NCBI GenBank assembly: GCA_963765675.1
Contig: CAVXXK010000001.1
Coordinates: 896,001 to 960,000, forward strand
Reading direction: 5' to 3'
Length of the DNA stretch: 64,000 nucleotides
From: an uncultured delta proteobacterium
Lineage (GTDB): Bacteria; Desulfobacterota; Binatia; Binatales; Binataceae
Below are positions 10,309-19,888 of the stretch, piece by piece; the stretch's first letter is position 1; every line of letters begins with the position of its first letter. Both the position numbers and the translations under genes were made by a program. The notes under the pieces were generated by a model. It was given only the letters and a program-made list of their open reading frames with translations. It searched no databases and had not been told where the DNA came from.

Positions 10309-11244
10309 CTATGCACTTCCGCCCGACGCGCGAGTCTGCCCCACGAGCGACGCCGCGAGCGCGGTCAAATCATTCTCGTCGTAATAGTCCAATTCTATCC
10401 GGCCGGGATTCTTTCCTCGACGGCGCACAATCCTGACCTTGCGCTTGAGTGCGCGCTGGATTCCTTCCGCCAATGCGTTAAGATTCGCGTCATTTGCCGG
10501 ATGCGACGATCGCGACGCGCCGGGGCGTTTGCGCCGATGCTCCCCCGCTAACGCCTCGGCGCCGCGGGCGGTGATTTTGCCTGCTACGATCTCGGCCGCC
10601 GCGATGAGTTGCTCTTCTTCCGACGCGAGCGACAGCAACGGACGCGCCTGGCCCGCGCTCAGCTCGCCGCGCACCATCATTTCGAGAACATCGATCGGCA
10701 GTTCCAGAAGACGAATCGCGTTGCTGACGTAGGGACGGCTCTTGCCGATTCGCGCCGCGATTTCTTCGTGCTGAATCTGGAATTCGGTATGCAGCCGCTT
10801 GAACGCCCGCGCCTCCTCGACCGCGTTCAGATCCTCGCGCGACAGATTCTCGACGATCGACATTTCGAGCGCGCCGCGATCGTCGAGCTCGCGAATCACC
10901 ACCGGCACCGCGTCGAGTCCCGCGATCTTCGCCGCGCGCAGCCTCCTCTCTCCCGCGATCAGCTCGTAGCGCTGCGGACCGGATACGGGAGCGGCGCCGC
11001 TTGCGAGCCGCACGATCAGCGGCTCGATCACGCCCTGGCTCGCGATCGCGCGCGCCAGCTCCTGGAGCCGTTCGGAATCGAAGACGAGCCGCGGCTGAAA
11101 CGGACCCGGCGAAATCTGCTCGAGCGGCGCCATCACGATTCGCGCGCCGCTCTCCTGCGCCGCATTCTCTACTGACGCAGCGTCGGCAACCGTATTTTCG
11201 ATCAGCGCGTCCAGTCCGCGGCCGAGCGGTCGTCGATTAAGCAT
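10309..11244 (-). CDS. parB: Chromosome partitioning protein ParB
   Basis: LGRGLDALI N-terminus, QPR, IAGERRLRA and ENLSREDLN motifs; follows parA. Confidence 0.97.
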   Translation of the reverse strand: MLNRRPLGRGLDALIENTVADAASVENAAQESGARIVMAPLEQISPGPFQPRLVFDSERLQELARAIASQGVIEPLIVRLASGAAPVSGPQRYELIAGERRLRAAKIAGLDAVPVVIRELDDRGALEMSIVENLSREDLNAVEEARAFKRLHTEFQIQHEEIAARIGKSRPYVSNAIRLLELPIDVLEMMVRGELSAGQARPLLSLASEEEQLIAAAEIVAGKITARGAEALAGEHRRKRPGASRSSHPANDANLNALAEGIQRALKRKVRIVRRRGKNPGRIELDYYDENDLTALAASLVGQTRASGGSA

Positions 11245-11250
11245 CGTGGG

Positions 11251-12072
11251 TCATCCTCCTGCGGGCGCCGGCGCGACGCCTTCGATTCGTTCGATAATTT
11301 CCGCGGCGAGCGTGCGGTAGCCCTCGGCGCCTGACGAGCGCGGGTCGTACTCGATCGCGGACAGGCCATGGCTCGGGCTTTCGGACAGGCGCACGTTGCG
11401 CGGAATCACGCTGCGAAAAACCTTGTCTGGAAAATGCTGCCGCACCTCGCGCGCGATTTCATGCGACAGCCGGTTGCGCGAATCGAACATCGTCAGCACC
11501 AGCCCCTCGATTTCGAGACCCGGACTGAGCGCGAGCTTGACCTTGCGAATCGTCGCGAGCAGCGAGCTCAGCCCCTCGAGCGCGTAGTACTCGCACTGCA
11601 TCGGAACCAGAACCGAGTCGGCGGCGACGAGTGCATTGAGGGTGAGAATGCCGAGCGAGGGCGGCGAGTCGATTAAAACATAGTTATATTCTAATGCGAC
11701 CGCTTCCAACAACAACCGCAAACGCCGTTCTCGCCCCTCCATCGTCGCCAACTCGATCTCGGCGCCGACCAGGTCGCCTCCCGACGGCGCGAGGAACAGG
11801 TTCGGGCGCATCTCGCATACCACTTCGCCGAGCGGAGCGCCAAGGACCAGCGAGTCGTAGATTGTCTTCTGCGGCGATGGCGCGGGCTCAGATTCCTTGC
11901 CGGGATCCGGTTCCCTAACGATCGTTAGGCCAGAGGTGGCGTTGCCCTGCGGATCGAGATCGACCAGCAGCACGCGCCGGCCGCTCTGTGCGAGCGCCAC
12001 CGCGAGATTGATCGCAGTGGTGGTCTTTCCGACTCCGCCTTTCTGATTGGCAATTGCGATAACCCGCCCCAC
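11251..12072 (-). CDS. parA: Chromosome partitioning ATPase ParA/Soj
   Basis: NQKGGVGKTTT deviant Walker A, DLDPQGNAT, IPRNVRLSESPSHG. Confidence 0.97.
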   Translation of the reverse strand: MGRVIAIANQKGGVGKTTTAINLAVALAQSGRRVLLVDLDPQGNATSGLTIVREPDPGKESEPAPSPQKTIYDSLVLGAPLGEVVCEMRPNLFLAPSGGDLVGAEIELATMEGRERRLRLLLEAVALEYNYVLIDSPPSLGILTLNALVAADSVLVPMQCEYYALEGLSSLLATIRKVKLALSPGLEIEGLVLTMFDSRNRLSHEIAREVRQHFPDKVFRSVIPRNVRLSESPSHGLSAIEYDPRSSGAEGYRTLAAEIIERIEGVAPAPAGG

Positions 12073-12092
12073 AGCCAGCCCACCTCGTGCGA

Positions 12093-12108
12093 CGTTTCAC
12101 GTGAAACG
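12093..12108. promoter_or_regulatory. parS site
   Basis: CGTTTCACGTGAAACG inside a 22-bp perfect palindrome (12090-12111) upstream of parA; matches consensus TGTTTCACGTGAAACA. Confidence 0.9.
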
Positions 12109-12209
12109 TCGACGGGTCCATTAGACGCCGCGCGATCGCGAAAAGCAAAGCGCGCGCACGGCGGGAATCCACAGCTATCGCAAGTCAGGCGAGATCTGAT
12201 CGAGCGCGG

Positions 12210-12932
12210 TCAGCTCTCTTTGAGCCAGAGGGCGAGGGCGCGGACGATTTTCTCACCGCCACGAGAGAGCTCGTAACGCGGCGACAAGAGACCGGTCAAT
12301 CCTGCGGCCGAGGCAGCGTCGTTGTCGACCTCCTGCCCGGCTGCGAGGTAGGCCAACGCGATCCCGCCAGGTCTGAGCGCCATCCGCGCGAGCTCAAAAA
12401 ATTCGGGCATCACGCCGACCGCGCGGATCGTGATCAGATCGAACCCGCCGACCGATAGACCGGTTGGCGTTCCTCGCGTATGGACAATCGTCACGTTCGG
12501 CAACTCCATCGCGGCGGCGGCGGTCTCGAGGAAGCTCACGCGCTTGCGTCGCGCCTCTATCAGCACGGTCTCGAGCCCAGTTGCGGCGGCGAGAATCAGA
12601 CCGGGGAAGCCGGCACCGCTGCCTACATCTATCAGTCGGCAGCCTGGGCTGAGCACGCGCCCGAGGACGGAGTCGGGCTGCTTCCTGGCCATCCAGAAGG
12701 GGGCGAGCGAATCCATCACGTGGAACAGAATCTCGTCCGGGTTCTTCGGCGAGGCGGTCAGGTTGATTTTCTGCCCCCACAGCGCCAGATGGGACGCGAA
12801 TGTCCCGACCTTTTCGGACAGTGTTACAGAGACATCGTCGAAGCCGGCATCGAGCAGGATGCGCTCAAGCTTGCTCCGGACGACGTGGCCGATTTGGTTG
12901 ACGTCGGGATCATTTGGCGGTCGACGTTTCAC
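12210..12932 (-). CDS. rsmG: 16S rRNA (guanine527-N7)-methyltransferase RsmG/GidB
   Basis: INLT, HVMDSL, DVGSGAGFPG and KRVSFL motifs; between mnmG and parA. Confidence 0.95.
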   Translation of the reverse strand: MKRRPPNDPDVNQIGHVVRSKLERILLDAGFDDVSVTLSEKVGTFASHLALWGQKINLTASPKNPDEILFHVMDSLAPFWMARKQPDSVLGRVLSPGCRLIDVGSGAGFPGLILAAATGLETVLIEARRKRVSFLETAAAAMELPNVTIVHTRGTPTGLSVGGFDLITIRAVGVMPEFFELARMALRPGGIALAYLAAGQEVDNDAASAAGLTGLLSPRYELSRGGEKIVRALALWLKES

Positions 12933-12940
12933 GTGAAACG
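12925..12940. promoter_or_regulatory. parS site overlapping the rsmG start
   Basis: CGTTTCACGTGAAACG. Confidence 0.9.
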
Positions 12941-12944
12941 TGGG

Positions 12945-14822
12945 TCAGGGCGCGCGAAAGGCTCGCTCGCGGCCGCCTTTGATATGGACCGCCAAGAGCG
13001 AGATCGCGGCTGGCGTGACCCCGGGCATCCGCGCTGCCTGCCCGAGCGATTGCGGGCGCACCGCCGACAGGCGCTCGCGCACCTCCGTCGAGAGGCCGGT
13101 CACGGCAGCGAAGTCGACCCAGTCGGGGATAGCGGCATCCTCGAGGCGCTTGAAGCGCTCGATCGCTTCGGCCTGGCGCTTCACGTAGCCATCATACTTG
13201 ACGTCGATTTCGAGCTCGGCAGCTTCGTCGAGCGTCAGCATGACCGACTCGTCGAGCATCCTCATCAGGGTCGAGTACGAAATTTCTGGCCGACGCAGAA
13301 GCTCGATCGCTCGTGACGGATGCACGATCGGCGTCGAGTCGGCAGCCGCTAGCATCGCGTTGACGCGGTCGCTTGCGGGGACGGTGACCGAGTTGAGCCT
13401 CGCGAGCTCCGCCGCCACGTCCGAGGCCTTAGCCTCGACCCGGTCGCCCGCACGCGCGTCGAGGAGCCCGAGCCGCGCGCCGATCGCGGAGAGGCGGCGG
13501 TCGGCATTGTCCTCGCGCAGGAGGAGCCGGTACTCGGCGCGGGACGTGAACATCCGGTACGGCTCGCCGCCGATTCCACGTGTAACAAGATCATCGATCA
13601 TGACGCCGATGTATGCCTGGTCGCGACGAAGGAGCATCGGAGGTTCGCCACGGACCGCTAGCGTAGCGTTAATTCCCGCTACTAAACCTTGTGCAGCAGC
13701 CTCTTCATATCCTGTCGTGCCATTGAGCTGTCCAGCAAAATATAAGCCATTTAAGAGCTTGGTCTCTAGGCTAGAGTTCAATTGAGTAGGGTCAGAGAAA
13801 TCATATTCGATCGCGTAACCGGGCCGCATTATTTCGGCATTCTCGAGGCCTGCAATCGAATGAACCATCGCGACCTGAACGTCGAGCGGCAGGCTGGTCG
13901 ACAGACCGTTGGGATAAACCTCGACGGTGTCGCGCCCCTCGGGCTCGAGGAAAATCTGATGGCGCTCCTTGTCGCGAAAACGCATCACCTTGTCCTCAAC
14001 CGAGGGGCAGTAGCGCGGGCCGCGGCTCTGGATCACGCCGGAGTACATCGGCGAGCGGTCGATTCCCGCTCGGATAATCTCATGGGTGCGCGCGTTGGTG
14101 TAGGTGAGATGACACGGGATCTGCGGCTGCGTGATTCGCTCGGTGCGAAACGAGAACGGGGGCGGCGGCTCGTCGCCGGGCTGAGTCTCCAGCGCGGAGT
14201 AGTCGATCGTTCGCGCGTCGAGGCGCGGGCAAGTGCCCGTCTTGAGGCGGCCGATCCGGAAACCGTGACGCCCGAGGTCGTCGCTCAGTCCCATCGCGGC
14301 GAAATCGCCAGCGCGGCCCGCGTTGTAGTTTCGCAACCCGATATGGACGAGCCCCTTCAGGAAGGTGCCGGTCGTGAGGATCACGGTGGCGGCTTCGAAG
14401 ACCTCTCCGATTTGCGATTCGACGCCGCGCACTTGCCGCCCTTCGACAACCAGGCGCTCGACGCTCGCCTGGCGAATCGTCAGGTTATCTACAGACTCGA
14501 GTACGCGCTTGCTGCGTGCGCGATAGGCAGCCTTGTCGGCCTGCGCGCGGCGCGCGCGCACGGCGGGACCTTTGCGGGTATTGAGGAAGCGGAACTGGAT
14601 TCCGGTCTCGTCGATCGCGAGGCCCATCTCGCCGCCGAGCGCGTCGATTTCGCGCACGAGGTGGCCCTTGCCGATTCCGCCGATCGCGGGATTACAGGAC
14701 ATCTGGCCGATATGGTCGAGGTTGAGCGTGAGCATCAGCGTGCGCGCGCCCATCCGAGCGGCGGCGAGTGCGGCTTCGATTCCGGCGTGTCCTGCGCCGA
14801 CGATTATGACGTCATACTGCAT
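12945..14822 (-). CDS. mnmG: tRNA modification enzyme MnmG/GidA
   Basis: YDVIIVGAGHAG, MSCNPAIGG, GPRYCPS, GTTGYEEAAAQG and YRMFTSRAEYRL. Confidence 0.98.
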   Translation of the reverse strand: MQYDVIIVGAGHAGIEAALAAARMGARTLMLTLNLDHIGQMSCNPAIGGIGKGHLVREIDALGGEMGLAIDETGIQFRFLNTRKGPAVRARRAQADKAAYRARSKRVLESVDNLTIRQASVERLVVEGRQVRGVESQIGEVFEAATVILTTGTFLKGLVHIGLRNYNAGRAGDFAAMGLSDDLGRHGFRIGRLKTGTCPRLDARTIDYSALETQPGDEPPPPFSFRTERITQPQIPCHLTYTNARTHEIIRAGIDRSPMYSGVIQSRGPRYCPSVEDKVMRFRDKERHQIFLEPEGRDTVEVYPNGLSTSLPLDVQVAMVHSIAGLENAEIMRPGYAIEYDFSDPTQLNSSLETKLLNGLYFAGQLNGTTGYEEAAAQGLVAGINATLAVRGEPPMLLRRDQAYIGVMIDDLVTRGIGGEPYRMFTSRAEYRLLLREDNADRRLSAIGARLGLLDARAGDRVEAKASDVAAELARLNSVTVPASDRVNAMLAAADSTPIVHPSRAIELLRRPEISYSTLMRMLDESVMLTLDEAAELEIDVKYDGYVKRQAEAIERFKRLEDAAIPDWVDFAAVTGLSTEVRERLSAVRPQSLGQAARMPGVTPAAISLLAVHIKGGRERAFRAP

Positions 14823-14907
14823 GGCGATGAAGGCAGGATTATTGCGCGGCGGAGCGCCCGGCGCAAAGCGCGGAGAGTGGTGGCGATGGCGGGGATCGGC
14901 GCAGTGC

Positions 14908-14984
14908 GCCCTCACCCTGCGTGTCACGGCGATTGCAAAAAAGAGCAATCGCCGCGCCACGCTGCCCTCTCCCGGAGGGAGAGG
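14908..14984. repeat. Family F repeat (CCCTCACCC...GATTGC-AAAAAAGA-GCAATC...CCCTCTCCC-GGA-GGGAGAGGG)
   Basis: Related copies at 6829-6905, 7237-7313, 9930-10008 (opposite orientation) and 32151-32224. Confidence 0.75.
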
Positions 14985-15028
14985 GTATCAGTAGAGGCTG
15001 ACTTAAAGAGGTAACCGCCTCCAAATTA

Positions 15029-16402
15029 TTATTTGCCGATGCAGAATTCGCGGAAGATTGCGTCGAGTATTTCCTCGCCGGTTACTTCGCCCGTGATCGC
15101 GCCAAGTGCTTCTGCCGCAGCGGTTATATCGACGGCGGAGATCTCGGGCGGCATCCGCGCGAGCACGCTCGCGCGCGCGGCGCGCAGCGAGGAGAGCGCG
15201 CGCTCGAGCGCGTCGCGATGGCGGTCGCGCGAAATCGCGAGCTCGCTCGCGCCGTCGGGAGCGCCGAGCGAATCGACGGCGTGGGCGAGCTCGTCGCGCA
15301 AGGCGGGAAGTCCGTCGCCGGCGAGTGCCGAGATCGCAAGAATCGGCATCGCGATTCCCACCTCTCGCAGCTCCGCGGCTCCGGAGATTTGGGGCAGGTC
15401 CGACTTGTTGAGCAGCGCAACACCGGCGCGTCCGGCGCACAGCCGGGCGACAGCCAAGTCTTCATCGTCGAGTGGACGCGACGAATCGAACACCGCGATC
15501 ACCAGGTCGGCGTCGCCGAGCGCGGCGCGCGAGCGCTCGATACCGAGCCGCTCGATCTCGTCGGGGCTGGCGCGGATTCCAGCGGTATCGAGCAGGGTTA
15601 TCGCGTGGGCGCCGAGCTGGACGACGTCTTCGATCACGTCGCGAGTGGTCCCAGGAATCGCTGTGACGATCGCGCGCTCGGTCCCAAGCATGAGGTTGAG
15701 CAGGCTGGACTTGCCGACGTTGGGCTTGCCGATAATCGCAGCTCGCGCGCCCTCGCGAACGACTCTGCCACGCGAGAAGGAGTCGTGCAAAACGGCAACA
15801 TCGCCGATCACATGCTCGATCTCCTCGGTCATCGCGTGACGCGACGGCATCGCGATATCTTCGTCGGAGAAATCGATCTCGACTTCAAGATGCGCCCGGA
15901 TGTTGACGATTTTCTTTCGTAATTCTTTTACTTTCTTCGACAGATTACCGGAAAGCTGAGCAAGCGCCTGTCTGAGACCGGACTCGCTGCGAGCGGAAAT
16001 CAGATCAGCGACAGCTTCCGCCTCAGCGAGATCGATCCGTTCATTCAGAAATGCACGGCGGGTGAACTCTCCCGGTTCGGCGATTCGCGCTCCGTGCGAA
16101 ATTGCCACGGCGACGATCTGGCGCGTAAGGTAGCTGCCGCCATGGCAGTGCAACTCCGCAACGTCTTCTCCAGTGAAAGATTTAGGCTTGGGGAAGACGA
16201 CGGCCATCGCGCGATCGAGGTTTACTCCAGTCGCGGGGTCGATGACGTCCCCGATGACCAGCTCGCGAGGATTGCCTTCGCGCGCGGGATGCCAAATCGC
16301 ACGGAGGATTTCGAACGCTCGCGGGCCGGAGAGCCGGATGATCGCGACGGCGCCAATTCCCGGCGCGGTGGCGGGCGCAACGATTGTATCGGGCAGGTAC
16401 AT
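15029..16402 (-). CDS. mnmE: tRNA modification GTPase MnmE/TrmE
   Basis: DTIVAPAT, SFTGED, GKPNVGKSSL, GTTRD, DTAG and terminal FCIGK. Confidence 0.98.
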   Translation of the reverse strand: MYLPDTIVAPATAPGIGAVAIIRLSGPRAFEILRAIWHPAREGNPRELVIGDVIDPATGVNLDRAMAVVFPKPKSFTGEDVAELHCHGGSYLTRQIVAVAISHGARIAEPGEFTRRAFLNERIDLAEAEAVADLISARSESGLRQALAQLSGNLSKKVKELRKKIVNIRAHLEVEIDFSDEDIAMPSRHAMTEEIEHVIGDVAVLHDSFSRGRVVREGARAAIIGKPNVGKSSLLNLMLGTERAIVTAIPGTTRDVIEDVVQLGAHAITLLDTAGIRASPDEIERLGIERSRAALGDADLVIAVFDSSRPLDDEDLAVARLCAGRAGVALLNKSDLPQISGAAELREVGIAMPILAISALAGDGLPALRDELAHAVDSLGAPDGASELAISRDRHRDALERALSSLRAARASVLARMPPEISAVDITAAAEALGAITGEVTGEEILDAIFREFCIGK

Positions 16403-16475
16403 CGCGTGGTTAGGTTAGCATCGCGGCCGGGGATGGTACGATGCGTGCGCGCGATATGGCATCGAAGATAAGAGA

Positions 16476-16581
16476 CACAGGCTAAAGCCTGTGACACTTC
16501 CAGGCAAAAATCTCTTAGGTGCCATGGCTTTGAGACTGTGCCAGAGACGATTTTCTTAAGTGGCACAGGCTTTAGCCTGTG
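16476..16581. repeat. REP-A doublet upstream of RAYT (16476-16497 minus, degenerate copy, 16560-16581 plus)
   Basis: CACAGGCTAAAGCCTGTGACAC ... GTGGCACAGGCTTTAGCCTGTG. Confidence 0.85.
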
Positions 16582-16630
16582 TTCTTGGAATTTCGGAAGC
16601 TGGGTATAATTCCCTGCGAGCAAGGGATTC

Positions 16631-17149
16631 ATGGGAAGGAAAGAACCTTCGGACACCGATCCTCATCACTTTCAGGAAATTGATCCCTGGAAGTCCGAAG
16701 ACCTTGTCGCGAAGCACCGCAATCTGCCGCACTTCGAGGTGCCCGGAGCTACATACTTCGTAACCTTTCGGTGCCGCTCGAAGATCACGCTTCTGCCTGA
16801 GTCACGTGATCTGGTCATGGAGACAATCCGGACATGCGACCGCACGGTCATCGAGTTGGATGCGGCCGTCGTGATGCCGGATCACGCGCACGTAATTTTC
16901 AGGCTCATTGATACCCGCACGCTCAGCCAGGTTGTTCAGCGGATCAAGGGTCGATCGGCCCGTCAGATCAATCAGGTCCTTGGGACCGAGGGTGCGGTCT
17001 GGATGGACGAGAGTTTCGACCACATCATTAGGCATGAGGCGGAGCTGGAAGAGAAAATCGAATACATCAGGCAAAATCCGGTCAAGCGAGGGCTTGCGGT
17101 GCGGCCGGAAGATTACAGGTGGTTGTTTGTGAGAGAAGACACAGGCTAA
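16631..17149 (+). mobile_element. rayT: REP-associated tyrosine transposase (RAYT/TnpA-REP, HUH Y1 family)
   Basis: RNLPH, YFVTF, HUH motif MPDHAH, WxxESFDHIIR, catalytic Y in YIRQNPVKRGL; flanked by inverted REPs; stop codon lies inside the downstream REP. Confidence 0.92.
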
Positions 17150-17316
17150 AGCCTGTGCCACTTAAAACAAAAATCTAAATCACTTAGAACAAAAATCTGA
17201 ATCTCGGAGGTGGTAAAGGCTCCGGCTTCTGTTAAGAGGACTTTTTCATGTGGCACAGGCTCTGGCCGTCTATAGGGGGAGGAACAGTTCCTAAGTGGCA
17301 CAGGCTTTAGCCTGCG
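17140..17316. repeat. REP-A cluster downstream of RAYT (17140-17161 minus; degenerate copies near 17210 and 17250; 17295-17316 plus)
   Basis: Repeated GTGGCACAGGCT motif. Confidence 0.85.
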
Positions 17317-17338
17317 TTCTGAGGAAGCGGAATTGATC

Positions 17339-17776
17339 ATGAAGACGGGAAATGGATTCGTCGCTTACCTTCCTGGATTCAAAGGTTCGGACGCCCTACT
17401 GATTTTGGCGGATTCCGAGACGATCGATTGGCTGATGGCACAGTTCGGCCAGCTTGCGAGCGCTCCAGTTGGATCCGTCTGTCCGGCTTTTCTCATCGGA
17501 GACGGAAATCCGATCGAATCGGATGGCCTTTGTCTTCTGGTAGTAGAACCGGAAAATCAGGCAGAAGGCAGCCGCCTTATCCGAGATTCTGACGGGACAT
17601 TCAGGTGGAGTGTCTCGCGGCTATCGGCGGGTCATTATCGCGAGCTGCTTTCTGGCATATCAGGGCCGCATCCGGCGCATCAGTATCTCGATCCCAACAA
17701 CAGCCCTCCCGCGCCAGTGGTTATCATTTCCCGGGACGAATATGACGCCGAAACTTTCCGTCGTCCGAAGAACTAG
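17339..17776 (+). CDS. Hypothetical protein flanked by inverted REP-A
   Basis: RBS-like GAGGAAG; no recognised family; its 5' end is repeated at 18303 and 21159; REP-A minus at 17833-17854. Confidence 0.6.
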   Translation: MKTGNGFVAYLPGFKGSDALLILADSETIDWLMAQFGQLASAPVGSVCPAFLIGDGNPIESDGLCLLVVEPENQAEGSRLIRDSDGTFRWSVSRLSAGHYRELLSGISGPHPAHQYLDPNNSPPAPVVIISRDEYDAETFRRPKN

Positions 17777-18041
17777 GTGCCTGATACGGGGAGTTATATC
17801 GCGTCGTCACGTAAGCATCGCGGCGGGGAAGACACAGGCTAAAGCCTGTGCCACTTAAGACGAAAACGGAAGCAGCAGCCAAAATGCCAAGGCACCGCGT
17901 CACAAAAAAAACACCAAGGCACCAGAAAAAGAGAGCGGGGACTTGCTTTTGGGAAGGACTCGCTTCTGCTTCGTGTCTGTTCTTCGTGCCTTGGTGATTT
18001 GATTGGCTCGCGGAGGGTCAGCACGAGGGGCGGGAGTACCG

Positions 18042-18450
18042 GCTTGCGGAGACGGGCGCGTCGCGACGCGCCCCTACGAATCTGATTCTTATTCGTAGGG
18101 GCGGCTCGGGAGCCGCCCGTCTTCGCAGGGCTGAACAGAACCCCTGCGTGTAGATCTTTCGCCTCCTGCCAAGATGGCAATTCAAACCGCCATGACACTT
18201 CGCGTCGGCCGACGGGCCGTCGGCATCCACTGACAGTAGGAAGCTGCTGGCCACAGGCGATCGGGCTCTCGGCTACATTGCGCGGGGGGCGATCGAGGAT
18301 GTCAGGCTTTAGCCTGCGTTCTGAGGAAGCGGAATTGATCATGAAGACGGGAAATGGATTCGTCGCTTACCTTCCTGGATTCAAAGGTTCGGACGCCCTA
18401 CTGATTTTGGCGGATTCCGAGACGATCGATTGGCTGATGGCACAGTTTGG
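18042..18450 (+). repeat. About 410-bp direct repeat, copy 1 (REP B/B2/C + FAD-gene 3' copy + 148-bp head)
   Basis: Aligns with 20899-21306. Confidence 0.9.
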
Positions 18451-18549
18451 GTAGCGATGGTGTGTCGTGGAGTCGGCCAACCCGCGCTGCGTGCGTAGGT
18501 AGCTCTCATACTCGTCACGCAGGAAGCCCTCATCTCTGTCCTTTCGCAA
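18451..18549 (-). pseudogene. Possible tyrosine recombinase N-terminal fragment
   Basis: Reads LRDEYESYLRTQRGLADSTTHH, resembling the YLxxxRGLxxxT motif of XerC/D and RIT integrase SAM-like domains. Confidence 0.45.
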
Positions 18550-18599
18550 CCGCTGCTGCGCACCGCAATTGCTCGACGGGGCGATACCATTGATCGGCG

Positions 18600-18626
18600 T
18601 TGACTAGACCGACCGGTTGGTATACT
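18600..18626 (+). promoter_or_regulatory. Promoter and NemR-like operator upstream of the TetR gene
   Basis: TTGACT...TATACT (15-nt spacer) enclosing TAGACCGACCGGTTGG, similar to the E. coli NemR box TAGACCGACTGGTCTA. Confidence 0.55.
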
Positions 18627-18638
18627 CGATCACAGACA

Positions 18639-19283
18639 ATGGCCGAAAGTCCATCACGAACGAGCATTCTTAAGACGGCCGGCGATCTGATGCTCAAGTA
18701 CGGCTATGCCGCAACGTCGATCGACGACATTTGTTCCAAAGCGCGGGTAACAAAGGGGAGCCTGTACCACTTTTTTGAAACCAAGGAAGAACTCGGGCTC
18801 GCGGTCCTGAACGGATTCTACGAGCGAGGCGTCGCGCGCGTGGCAAGTGGCGCATACATGGGGATGAATGACCCGTACCAGCGTCTGCTCGGTCTGTTCG
18901 ATCATCTCGAGACGATTGGACCGGACCTCTGGCGCCACGGATGCCTGATGGGGAACTTCGCCTGCGAGTTCGCCGAGTCGAGCCAAACTATACGGCGCCG
19001 CGTAGCCGGGATGTTCGAAGAGCTGGTGAATAGGTTGTCGCCGATCTTCGGGCCGATCGCGCGCGACCGAAAGGAAGCGGACGAGCTGGCGGAGCAAACG
19101 CTCATGGTGATCGAGGGTGCGGTCGTTATGGCAAGGGCGCACGACGATCCGAGTCGCATAGCCTCAGGCGTGCGCCGCTTTCGGCGCACGATCGAGGCCC
19201 AGATCGGGAAGTCGAGAACAGCTACGGAGAAAATAAACCGAGGGCGAGCAAGTTCGCCCCTGCAACACAAGGGAGGAGAATAG
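18639..19283 (+). CDS. TetR/AcrR family regulator (NemR/LmrA-like)
   Basis: GYAATSIDDIC...KGSLYHFFETKEEL HTH and GCLMGN motif. Confidence 0.9.
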   Translation: MAESPSRTSILKTAGDLMLKYGYAATSIDDICSKARVTKGSLYHFFETKEELGLAVLNGFYERGVARVASGAYMGMNDPYQRLLGLFDHLETIGPDLWRHGCLMGNFACEFAESSQTIRRRVAGMFEELVNRLSPIFGPIARDRKEADELAEQTLMVIEGAVVMARAHDDPSRIASGVRRFRRTIEAQIGKSRTATEKINRGRASSPLQHKGGE

Positions 19284-19285
19284 CC

Positions 19286-19888
19286 ATGTCCGAGTCGTGG
19301 ACCCTTAAAGGATCGTACTTCGAAACCTGCAACTGCGAGACCGCCTGCCCGTGTGTCTTTTTGAGCCCTCCCACCGAAGGCGATTGCACCGTGCTTGTCG
19401 CCTGGCACGTTGACGAAGGCCGCTTCGGTGAAGTCGCGCTCAATGGCCTCAACGTGGCGCTTGCGGTCCACAGTCCGGGCCACATGGCAGAGGTTAAGTG
19501 GAAGGCGGCGCTTTACCTCGACGAACGCGCCTCCGGAGAGCAGCAAGAAGCCCTAACGAAAATCTTCAGCGGTCGGGCGGGGGGTCATCCTGGCCGTGTC
19601 GCCCAGCATATTGGCGAAGTGCTTGGGGTCAGAAGCGTACCGATCGAGTATAAGGCGGACGGTAAGCGACGCTCAGTTCGAGTGGGCAATGTGGCGGATG
19701 CGACGATTCAAGCGATCGCGGCGCCGGCGGGCGACGTAACCGTCAGCGGTCATCCGCTGGCGCTAGCGCCCGGCTTCCCGGCGGTCGCGGCACGGTCGGA
19801 AAGGCTCCGCTACCAGGATCACGGCTATAGTTGGGAGATCTCGAAAAAGAACGGGTTCTATTCTCCGTTCCAGTACGCCAATGGGTGA
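19286..19888 (+). CDS. DUF1326 domain protein
   Basis: W.L.G.YFETCNCETACPC...GDC motif. Confidence 0.85.
   Translation: MSESWTLKGSYFETCNCETACPCVFLSPPTEGDCTVLVAWHVDEGRFGEVALNGLNVALAVHSPGHMAEVKWKAALYLDERASGEQQEALTKIFSGRAGGHPGRVAQHIGEVLGVRSVPIEYKADGKRRSVRVGNVADATIQAIAAPAGDVTVSGHPLALAPGFPAVAARSERLRYQDHGYSWEISKKNGFYSPFQYANG

Noticed and set aside
16631-17149. IS200/IS605 TnpA
   Set aside because: No tnpB; the NPVKxGL motif and multicopy flanking GTGG-REPs fit RAYT better.
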